From Planctomycetota bacterium (GTDB lineage Bacteria; Planctomycetota; SZUA-567; H5-PLA8): a stretch of DNA of 64,000 nt. Under the pieces are notes generated by a model. It was given only the letters and a program-made list of their open reading frames with translations. It did no database searches and was not told the DNA's origin. The translations under genes and the position numbers were made by a program. Shown piece after piece: positions 19,615 to 27,441 of this stretch. Each line of letters opens with the position of its first letter. Position 1 is the first letter of the stretch. The stretch is taken from contig JBBRPR010000020.1 of the NCBI GenBank assembly GCA_038227875.1, positions 1 through 64,000 of the forward strand, in the 5' to 3' direction.

Positions 19615-22392
19615 CTATTTAGTCTTCAATTTACCCGTTCCCGTCTTGCCTTTCTTCGCCGAGTACACGATCGGCGCGTCGAGTTCGTACACGGTCTTGT
19701 TGAAGAGCAGGAAAATCTGAACCGTGCGTGCGGAGTTCTTGACGTCGGCGGTGCCGGTCAGATTCGCGGCGGCGAAACCGGCGGCCAATGTTCCTTTGTG
19801 GAACATCGCGCTGAACTTTGAGGTCTGCGCGAGCACCTGGCCCTTCTTCGCTTTCAGGCTGAGCTTGCACGACGCGGTTGCGGTCTTCGCAGAGCCTTTG
19901 CCGTCGAGGAAGAAGTGCTGCGCCACGCCGCCGGTGAAGATGAAGACTTCCGTTTTGCTCGGCGCAAAACCGGCCGGAACGTTGAGCGTGCCGCCGAGCG
20001 TCACCTGGTCCTGGCCGCTCTTGGCGAAGTTCAGCTTGATGTCGAAGCGCGAGAGTTTCAACGGCTGGATCGCGCCGGCCGGCGCACCGCCAAACGGCGT
20101 GGAGTTCGGATCGCTAGGCGACGAGCCGTAGGCGACTTCCAGCGCGTCGGGGAAACCGTCGCTGTCCGCGTCGCCGGGTGTGCTGCCCGGTCCTAGGCCA
20201 TTGGCTCCGCCGGCTTTGTAAAACTGCAGAAGTTTGTGAAGCGCGAGCGGTTCGTTGACCGGCGTCGGGTTGCCGGCCTGGTCTTTTGTGTTGAGGCCGT
20301 GACAGGACGTGCACGAACGGATTTCGCCCGGCGCGAAGGTCAGCCAGTAGCGTTCACGGACGACCGGCGTGCCGCTGCCGTCGGTGAGCTGCCAGGTCAT
20401 GGCTCGGCGCGCGGGCACGAATGCCGCTGTCGAACCGTCGGACGCGATCTGCACGCTGCCGATGGGGCCGTCGCTGTTGACGGGATTGATCGCGGCGGGA
20501 TCGTGCATTACCTGCGCGAGGACGCGGCGGCCTTCCTTCGGTGTGTCACCGGTGTTGAAGATGCCCAGCCCGCGGATCTGGTCGGCCTGAAAATACTGCT
20601 GGTGCGCGATGTCGTAGAGTTTTCCGCCGTTACCGAGCGTCTGCGTCGTTGTGCCCAGCACGCGCAGGTTGAACGGTTGCTGGTGATCGGCATTGTCGCG
20701 CGTGGTCACATTGCGGCTGACGAGGATCGCAAGATTCTTGGTACGGAGGAACGCGCGTAGACCGGCTTCGTCGACGCCTTCCGCCGCCAGCACGTTCTTT
20801 TCGGGGGTGGGGAGGGGGAAGGTCAGACGCGCAGGCTTGGTGCGCGCGACCAGTTCGACCGGGCCCATTTCCCAGAGCGGGCCGGAGTAATTCCGCAGCA
20901 CGTCGGGACTCCACCAGGTCACCGACTTGCTGATCCCGGAAGTAAGCAATCGGCCGGCGGTTTTGTACGCGTTGCCATTGGAGGTGACGATTTCGTAGAG
21001 GCGCCAATCGTAGCGCGAGCGCGGCGCTGAATTGGTGCCGATGTCCATGTCGATCCGCGCTTCGCCGGTGTGCATGGCGATCAATTGTCCGTCGGTCAGC
21101 GGAATGGCATTGCGGTAGTGGCCGGAATTGTTCGGCGGCGGCGTGGTGCCTTCGTTGATGAACGAGGCCGTCGACGGGTCGGTGATCGAGGTTACGACCA
21201 TCTTGTCGGCCGAAAGACCCATCTTGCCGGTGATCGTGACAATGCGGCCGCCAGAGTGCGTGAAGAATTCCGGCGCGTCGGTGGCATAGAAGAGTCCGGG
21301 ATTGTTCGGGTCTTCGCGGATGTGCAGGAAGCTCTGGTCGTGCTCCTGGTTGACCGCGGTCGCCGGCGGGCCATCGAACTCCTTCAAGTTGGGATCGTCG
21401 TTGAACACCTGCGTGAAGAATCCGTAGAGCTCATGGCGGCCGATGTGATTGAGCGTTTCTTCGTCGGTTCCATCTTCCGTGATCTGCCACGGGAAGAATT
21501 GATTGAACGAGTTGCCGATCAAATTCGTACCCGCCAGCAGGTCCGTGCGCGAGCTGCGTGGCTCGGGGAAGACTTCGGCGCGGGGTACGATCGTCGCATT
21601 CGCCGCTTCGCTTGAGTAATTGAACGTGCCGTAGGTATTGCCGCCTGCGTCGGCATCGGCCTGCTGATCGCGCTGCAGATGGTCCCAGCGGGTGTAGATC
21701 ACGCGGCCGGCGCTGTCGATGATCGGGGTGAAATTGCCGGACGGATTGTGGCTCATGATGAACAGGTCGCCGGTCGCCGGGTCGAGACTCCAGAGGCCCG
21801 AGACTACCGGTGCTTCTTCGTACTCATCGAGCTGCGGATAGAGGTGTGGCGAGCCGTCGCGGGGGCGGTCGGAGGTAAAGATGATGCGCTCGTCGGTGCC
21901 GTAGGTTGGATTGATGTTGTTGAAGTTGGCCGGCTGATTCGGGACCTTGGTGATTACCGGCGTTTCCCCTTGGCCCATTCCGGTGATTTCGTAGAGCTGC
22001 CAATAGAAGGTATCGACTTCAAATTGCTTTAACGGCGCGCCGATGACCATGCTGAAGATCGCCTTCGTGCCGCTCCAGTGTGGGGCGGGATCGCGCACGG
22101 CGATGGAGTTGGCGCCCTGTTGACCGCCCGCGGAACCGAAACCCGCTGCGGCGGTGAGGTTCTTCAGCGTGCCGTCGGGATAACGGATGTAGAGGTCGCC
22201 GCCGCGCGTTGCGCTTTGCATATCCGTCAGTTGATTCCCAAAGACCGAGCCGATGGTCGTGAAGTCTGCCGGAACGGGAATCTGCGTGACGAAGAGGATG
22301 GGATTCTGAGTCGTGACCGGCGCTGCCGCGTGGACGCAACCGGCAATCGCCAACGCCAGAATTCCCACGGATGCAAAGTGATGACGACGCAT
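19615..22392 (-). CDS. Secreted HzsA-related (hydrazine synthase alpha-like) beta-propeller protein with c-type heme motif
   Basis: Signal peptide; TolB-like repeats (IIFTSDRP, VIYTRWDH); DGSTAAFVPARRAMTWQL...PGEIRSCTSCHG; Ca-binding DADSDGFPD; basic C-terminal domain. Confidence 0.8.
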   Translation of the reverse strand: MRRHHFASVGILALAIAGCVHAAAPVTTQNPILFVTQIPVPADFTTIGSVFGNQLTDMQSATRGGDLYIRYPDGTLKNLTAAAGFGSAGGQQGANSIAVRDPAPHWSGTKAIFSMVIGAPLKQFEVDTFYWQLYEITGMGQGETPVITKVPNQPANFNNINPTYGTDERIIFTSDRPRDGSPHLYPQLDEYEEAPVVSGLWSLDPATGDLFIMSHNPSGNFTPIIDSAGRVIYTRWDHLQRDQQADADAGGNTYGTFNYSSEAANATIVPRAEVFPEPRSSRTDLLAGTNLIGNSFNQFFPWQITEDGTDEETLNHIGRHELYGFFTQVFNDDPNLKEFDGPPATAVNQEHDQSFLHIREDPNNPGLFYATDAPEFFTHSGGRIVTITGKMGLSADKMVVTSITDPSTASFINEGTTPPPNNSGHYRNAIPLTDGQLIAMHTGEARIDMDIGTNSAPRSRYDWRLYEIVTSNGNAYKTAGRLLTSGISKSVTWWSPDVLRNYSGPLWEMGPVELVARTKPARLTFPLPTPEKNVLAAEGVDEAGLRAFLRTKNLAILVSRNVTTRDNADHQQPFNLRVLGTTTQTLGNGGKLYDIAHQQYFQADQIRGLGIFNTGDTPKEGRRVLAQVMHDPAAINPVNSDGPIGSVQIASDGSTAAFVPARRAMTWQLTDGSGTPVVRERYWLTFAPGEIRSCTSCHGLNTKDQAGNPTPVNEPLALHKLLQFYKAGGANGLGPGSTPGDADSDGFPDALEVAYGSSPSDPNSTPFGGAPAGAIQPLKLSRFDIKLNFAKSGQDQVTLGGTLNVPAGFAPSKTEVFIFTGGVAQHFFLDGKGSAKTATASCKLSLKAKKGQVLAQTSKFSAMFHKGTLAAGFAAANLTGTADVKNSARTVQIFLLFNKTVYELDAPIVYSAKKGKTGTGKLKTK

Positions 22393-22600
22393 AGGCAGCT
22401 CCGAGAAAGTGAGGTATGGTACTGTACATCAGGCAGAAACGACCGTTCATATATTCATGTCACAACGCGCACAAATTGGTTAAAAAATTCCGAAGTTGCA
22501 CTAGTGATGTGTTGCACGAGTGGGTCGCGGGTTTTTTTGTCTCGCGCAAAGACGCAAAGTAACGGATTAGCGGAGCGAGCGTTTCCTTCGAATATTCCAT

Positions 22601-23233
22601 TCATTGATGCGCTGCTGTTTTCCACCATTCCTCCCATACTCGTTTTAAGTTTTGGCGGTCATACGGCCATTTATCGTTGGGTAATGGATTGACCCCGGCG
22701 ACGCGGACTAGGGCTTCGTGGGTCATTCCTCCACTGCTCTCAGATTCTTTGCCGATGATTGTAATGAGAAATGGGATGTCTGCTTTCGTACCGCATTCTG
22801 CCAAACCGCCTACCAGCGCAGGGCCGTAGCAGCAATCGAGAAGGTTAATCTGCCTTAGGAGTTCGCGGATCTCTTCACGCGCGCCGAGAGGGCCGAGATA
22901 GCTAGCAAGGATCGCGAGGTCGTGTTTGTTCCGCGCATGTTTTAGCTTCGTGAAAATGCGGTGTGCGAGTTGGGTGCGCTGGCTGAGTCCAACTTTTCCA
23001 TCGCGGGTCTTCCAGAGAAACCAGACGCAGGCCGCGCGACTGTTGTCGCGCCAATCGCCGACTTGCTTTTTTGCGAGAATAACGGGAAGGAGCGACCCGG
23101 TGCTGGGAATGGAGTACGTGGGGTCCGTTGGCGGACCCGAGGGGTGAGCGGACGGCCAGTCGGGATCATCCGCTGCGAAGAGAAAGGCCGCTGATAACAA
23201 GAGGAGTGTGACACCAGTATGAAGCTGATTCAT
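22601..23233 (-). CDS. Hypothetical secreted protein with HEAT-like helices
   Basis: Signal peptide, helical repeats, ends ...VWEEWWK; lower GC than neighbours. Confidence 0.65.
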   Translation of the reverse strand: MNQLHTGVTLLLLSAAFLFAADDPDWPSAHPSGPPTDPTYSIPSTGSLLPVILAKKQVGDWRDNSRAACVWFLWKTRDGKVGLSQRTQLAHRIFTKLKHARNKHDLAILASYLGPLGAREEIRELLRQINLLDCCYGPALVGGLAECGTKADIPFLITIIGKESESSGGMTHEALVRVAGVNPLPNDKWPYDRQNLKRVWEEWWKTAAHQ

Positions 23234-23590
23234 GCGTTTATCTATCGTCCGGTCCCAGGCATATCCGTTGGGTCGATTTGCACGGAGCTGCGCTCAAATG
23301 AAATCACATGTTCAACGAATTTTTCTTATCTCCAGATCAAATTTGATCGCATAAATTCTGGTGCGAATTTGTGTTGTAAAATAAGAAATTCAGGTCGTTC
23401 ACTCTAACTACATTACGCCATCAATGAGTTACGCAGTGCGATCCCAACAGCGACGCAAAGTTCTCACGCGGCTATTTGATACCAGCGACACTCCTTGTGC
23501 TCGACGGTAACTTTACAGGCTTGCGCTTTGCACCATGAGTCCTACGTCAAGCAAAGTGCGACACCGTCGGACGCGACAGGGAAATGCAGA

Positions 23591-23797
23591 ATGAATCCGA
23601 ACCGTCGCTGTAAAACCTGCTTCTGGTTCATTGAGGGTCATGGATGTACGTGCGCGAGATCCGAGCTCCGCGGCAACATGGATCCCGAGAAGACCTGTGA
23701 GAAGTGGTCGGCTGAACCTCCTTCTGGACGTTATCCCGCTCCTCCCAAGTCGACGTCGCAATCTGCGTCTATGGGCAAGTCAGAACGAGAATCCTAA
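23591..23797 (+). CDS. Small Cys-rich hypothetical protein
   Basis: MNPNRRCKTC...GCTC...TCEKW; no clear homology; AT-richer region. Confidence 0.35.
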   Translation: MNPNRRCKTCFWFIEGHGCTCARSELRGNMDPEKTCEKWSAEPPSGRYPAPPKSTSQSASMGKSERES

Positions 23798-24020
23798 ATC
23801 CTATCGATGACGCGTGCTATTTCATGCCGCTATTTTCATAGATCGTACTCAATACGCCCATTGAATTAAGCCGCCGCGAAGTCAGCGACATCTCTCGATC
23901 CATTTTACAGAGTGGTTACAGGAGCGTGGCTTAGTCAGCGGTATATTCCAATGCAGTGCCGCAAGTGTTTGGTTCCGGAAACGTATAGGTCGCTTAAACC
24001 TCATTTTTGGGAGCTTACCC

Positions 24021-24695
24021 ATGGCCAGATTGAAGCCGTTGTTCCGTATCGCGGCGGTGTTGAACGCGGTGTTGTTGCTGTGCGCCTATGTCGCTTATCG
24101 CGGTGGGGTGGTCCAAGCGTTTGGCTCGACACCCGCCGCGCCTTCGGAGCCAACCGCTCCTTCGCCTGAAAACATTACGCGGACGCTGCCGCCTGCGGAG
24201 TCGGCAGTCCCTGAGTCGGCGATAACTGCAACGGCGTTGCCAGCCGCTTCGCCTGCAACCGATGCGTCGCGAACGGTCGTCAATGACTATTCGATGGTCG
24301 CAAAGGTTTACGTCGTACCGACGGAGAGTCCCGCGTCCGCTCTACGTCGTCACGAGGTGCTACTGAGTGGCTCGAAATCCTCACCCATTGAGTTTTCGGA
24401 AAAGCGACCAAGTGAGCCGATGGAAGTCGTGACGCCATGGCCGACGAAGCCGCCGGTTTTCACGCGCCGTGAAGCTTCGCCACCTCCAAAGGCTGCTGCC
24501 CCGGCGGTTCGACAGGAATATTCGCGGCGGATGATCATGAGCAGTTCCAAGTCGATGAAAGTGGAGATCGTGGGGAGTGTTGCTCCTGCGCCAAGTTCCA
24601 CGCCGCCGGCCGTGAAGCCGTCCGACAAACATTCCGTGCTGATGAAATCATCGAAGTCGGGGCCGATAGAATTCGATGTACAGGTAGGCAAGTGA
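24021..24695 (+). CDS. Membrane-anchored Pro/Ser-rich protein with three SKS-motif repeats
   Basis: GGAG SD; N-terminal TM/signal segment; repeats VLLSGSKSSPIEF, MIMSSSKSMKVEI, VLMKSSKSGPIEF. Confidence 0.75.
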   Translation: MARLKPLFRIAAVLNAVLLLCAYVAYRGGVVQAFGSTPAAPSEPTAPSPENITRTLPPAESAVPESAITATALPAASPATDASRTVVNDYSMVAKVYVVPTESPASALRRHEVLLSGSKSSPIEFSEKRPSEPMEVVTPWPTKPPVFTRREASPPPKAAAPAVRQEYSRRMIMSSSKSMKVEIVGSVAPAPSSTPPAVKPSDKHSVLMKSSKSGPIEFDVQVGK

Positions 24696-24704
24696 GTTTT
24701 GTTG

Positions 24705-24827
24705 ATCTCACGCAAAGCCGCGAAGCCGCCAAGAACGGCAACCGCCTGATTTCCTGCGTGCGCGTTTATCCACTCTTCAAGAACAATCGTTGGCAGTTCT
24801 GTGCGACTTTCCGGCTTGGCGTGAGAT
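24705..24827. repeat. Inverted-repeat element, CACGCAAAGCCGC family (MITE/REP-like)
   Basis: About 38-bp imperfect inverted arms at 24705-24742 and 24789-24827; related copies at 39810-39960 and 22540-22559. Confidence 0.75.
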
Positions 24828-24841
24828 GAAAGGAACACCGC

Positions 24842-25696
24842 ATGACTCTTCCCAATATGATTCTCGGCAGCGGCCTGGGTCTGCTTTTTCTGGTGATCGT
24901 TTTCCGGCCGCTGGAGCTCGCGTTTCCGGCCAAACCAGGGCAGCGTTTTTTTCGGCCAGATTTCTTTACGGATCTGTGTTTTCTGCTCGGGCAATATCTA
25001 CTCTGGAGCGGCGCGGTGTTCTGGCTGCTCACGCATTTCGCGACGTGGCTCGATGAATACATGCCCACGGGTTTACGCGTGTCGGTGGCGGCCCAGCCGT
25101 GGTGGCTGCAGGCGGTGGAAGTGGTGTTGCTGAGCGACATCATCGTGTACTGGGGGCACCGGCTGCAGCATCGCGTGGGATTTCTCTGGCGCTTTCATGC
25201 GACGCATCACAGTTCCGAGCACCTCGATTGGCTCGCAGCGCACCGCGAACATCCCATGGACACGATCTACACGGTGGGCCTGATCAATCTGCCCGCATTT
25301 CTGCTCGGATTCCCGCTCGAAACGCTGGTCGGCCTGATTGCGTTTCGCGGGCTGTGGGCGATTTACATTCACTCCAACGTGCGCATTCCGACCGGCCCGC
25401 TGCGCTGGTTGTTCGGCGCGCCGGAACTGCACCACTGGCATCACGATCGCAACCGTGAAGCCGGCAACTACGCGAATATTTCGCCCCTGATGGATTTGCT
25501 CTTCGGCACGTACGTCTGCCCGGATCACGAGCCGGAGCAGGTCGGACTGATGGAGCCGATCCGCACGAATTACCTGGGGCATATGATTCGGCCGTTTATT
25601 CCGAAACGTAAGACGGAAAGCTCGAGCACTTTACCCGGAGAGGTCGTCTCTGTCCGAGAGAACCTGGCGTCAGCGGAAGTTCGCGCGCTGAGCTAA
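24842..25696 (+). CDS. Sterol desaturase / fatty acid hydroxylase family protein
   Basis: His boxes HRLQH, HATHH, HSN, HHWHH; NYA...D.LFGTY; TM segments. Confidence 0.93.
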   Translation: MTLPNMILGSGLGLLFLVIVFRPLELAFPAKPGQRFFRPDFFTDLCFLLGQYLLWSGAVFWLLTHFATWLDEYMPTGLRVSVAAQPWWLQAVEVVLLSDIIVYWGHRLQHRVGFLWRFHATHHSSEHLDWLAAHREHPMDTIYTVGLINLPAFLLGFPLETLVGLIAFRGLWAIYIHSNVRIPTGPLRWLFGAPELHHWHHDRNREAGNYANISPLMDLLFGTYVCPDHEPEQVGLMEPIRTNYLGHMIRPFIPKRKTESSSTLPGEVVSVRENLASAEVRALS

Positions 25697-25732
25697 CACC
25701 GTTCGCGTCTCAATTTTGCCTCCTTAGAAAAA

Positions 25733-25755
25733 GCGAGCTGCTCAAAGCAGCTCGT
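25733..25755 (+). terminator. Probable intrinsic terminator
   Basis: GCGAGCTGCT-CAA-AGCAGCTCGT stem with a short T-rich tail, after the desaturase stop. Confidence 0.55.
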
Positions 25756-25831
25756 TTCATTTCCTCAGTCCATCTTTCTCGATTGGCCCGCGCATTGATA
25801 TGTGGTCCTCTGCAATCGCGGAGGTAGCACT

Positions 25832-26644
25832 ATGTTGGACGGGCGTGTTACGGCTGGGTACGAGTGGGAAAGCGGGGAATGCACGGGCGCGTTGCAGGTT
25901 GTGCCGGGGCGGAACGGTAACTGTTGGTTACCGGGCGGTAACAACGGCGCCATCGGTAACGGACGTGCGAGGAGATGCGCGGGGCTGTCGCTGATTGAAG
26001 TCGCGATTTTTATTTCGACGGTCAGCGTAGCGATGCTCGCGACGCTTTCTTCGTATGTCCGCTACCTGCAGATGAAGACGTCGACGGAGCAGCATCGCGC
26101 GGCGCAGATCGCGGCGGAAGAGAAGTTCGACGAGATTCGCAGTTTCATCAGCCGCGTGCGACTGGGTACGGCCAAGGACGCCAACGGCGCGACAGTTCCG
26201 CTGAATTCCAATCCGCTGGACGCGGCGTTTAATCTCTATGGTCCAACGCCCGCGATTACAGGGCTGCAACGGCCGTGTTGTTTTTCGGTGCCGAATTTGA
26301 CGCCAATCGGCAATGCAGCGGTGGGCACGGTCACGATCATCAACAGTGAAACGCCGGACGCGACGCAGTTTGGATATGCATACGACGGCACGACGGCGCC
26401 GAAGATTTTCGGCGTCAATCTCTATCAAAACACCTATGGCGACGGTGGGTTTCCCGCGACGCTGCCGCCGGCTGCGCCGTTTCCGTTGGATCTCGATGGC
26501 GATGGGCTGACCACGAACAACAACGTGACCTCCAATTTCAGTCTGCTGCCGGTGGTCGTCACGGTGCGCTGGCGCGCGCCGGATGGTTCGCTGCAACGGC
26601 TGGATCTGTTTTCGCTTTTGAGCGCCGAGCAAGGAACACACTGA
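25832..26644 (+). CDS. Type IV pilin-like protein (PilV-like minor pilin)
   Basis: Prepilin site G/LSLIEV followed by a hydrophobic helix; GGAGG SD before ATG 25832; C-terminal VVVTVRW. Confidence 0.8.
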   Translation: MLDGRVTAGYEWESGECTGALQVVPGRNGNCWLPGGNNGAIGNGRARRCAGLSLIEVAIFISTVSVAMLATLSSYVRYLQMKTSTEQHRAAQIAAEEKFDEIRSFISRVRLGTAKDANGATVPLNSNPLDAAFNLYGPTPAITGLQRPCCFSVPNLTPIGNAAVGTVTIINSETPDATQFGYAYDGTTAPKIFGVNLYQNTYGDGGFPATLPPAAPFPLDLDGDGLTTNNNVTSNFSLLPVVVTVRWRAPDGSLQRLDLFSLLSAEQGTH

Positions 26645-27429
26645 TGAAACTCCACGGCGAAAACCTGCGGCGTCCGCGTGGGCTGACGATGATCGAAGTG
26701 ACGATGGCCTTGTCGCTGTTCAGCGCGGCAGTGGCGATGACTTTGCAGATCGTGGCGACGACGGCGCAGCATCTCGACGCGGACCTCGCGGATTCGGATC
26801 TGCAGAAACGCACTTCGGGTCAGATGTACTCGATGCTTGCGGAACTCGAATCGATTTCACCGACGCAAGACCCGTTTTTCTGCATCGCCAACCAGGGCAC
26901 GTCGGGAAACGCGCCGGGCACGGCGCTGCCGCTGGTGACAGGAGCCAGCGACGGCACGGCCCTCTCGCTACCGGCGGGAAATTACGTCATTGGCGACAGC
27001 GTCACCTTCCGGCTGCCGACGGGGACCGATGGCAACGGGATCGTATGGAGCGCGCCGATCCGCTACCGCTGGGCGCCGCTGGTGCGCGGCGGAACTCCGG
27101 TGCCGGGGATGGGTATGATCGTGCGCGAAGAGTTAAACGCCACCGGTTCGGTGGTGATGGCGTCGCGAGTGCTCGAAGAAAATGTGCCGGCCTGCGATCA
27201 CCAGTGGGACCCGACGATCACGCCGAAGAAACTGCCGTCGGGATTCGCGATCATTCAGGCGGATGTCGAACCGGTGGGAACCACCGGTCTGAAGCCGGTC
27301 GCACGGCAGCGCGCGCTGACGATCTGTATTCAGCGCTGCCAGGATTTGCATGCGACGGTGACGGACAGCAGTGGCAGCACGGTCTCCACATCGACGACGC
27401 TGCAGACGATTTTTTTGAAGACGCCGTGA
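26644..27429 (+). CDS. Type IV pilin-like protein (PilW/PulJ-like)
   Basis: RRPRG/LTMIEVTMAL prepilin motif; start overlaps the upstream stop. Confidence 0.85.
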   Translation: MKLHGENLRRPRGLTMIEVTMALSLFSAAVAMTLQIVATTAQHLDADLADSDLQKRTSGQMYSMLAELESISPTQDPFFCIANQGTSGNAPGTALPLVTGASDGTALSLPAGNYVIGDSVTFRLPTGTDGNGIVWSAPIRYRWAPLVRGGTPVPGMGMIVREELNATGSVVMASRVLEENVPACDHQWDPTITPKKLPSGFAIIQADVEPVGTTGLKPVARQRALTICIQRCQDLHATVTDSSGSTVSTSTTLQTIFLKTP

Positions 27430-27441
27430 ACACGTTCCGGA

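Noticed and set aside
19615..22392. Anammox hydrazine synthase
   Set aside because: No hzsB or hzsC nearby, only one CxxCH, and an extra C-terminal domain; treated as a distant relative
25784..25799. Sigma54 promoter TGGCCCG-N4-TTGA before the pilin genes
   Set aside because: The conserved -12 GC is absent
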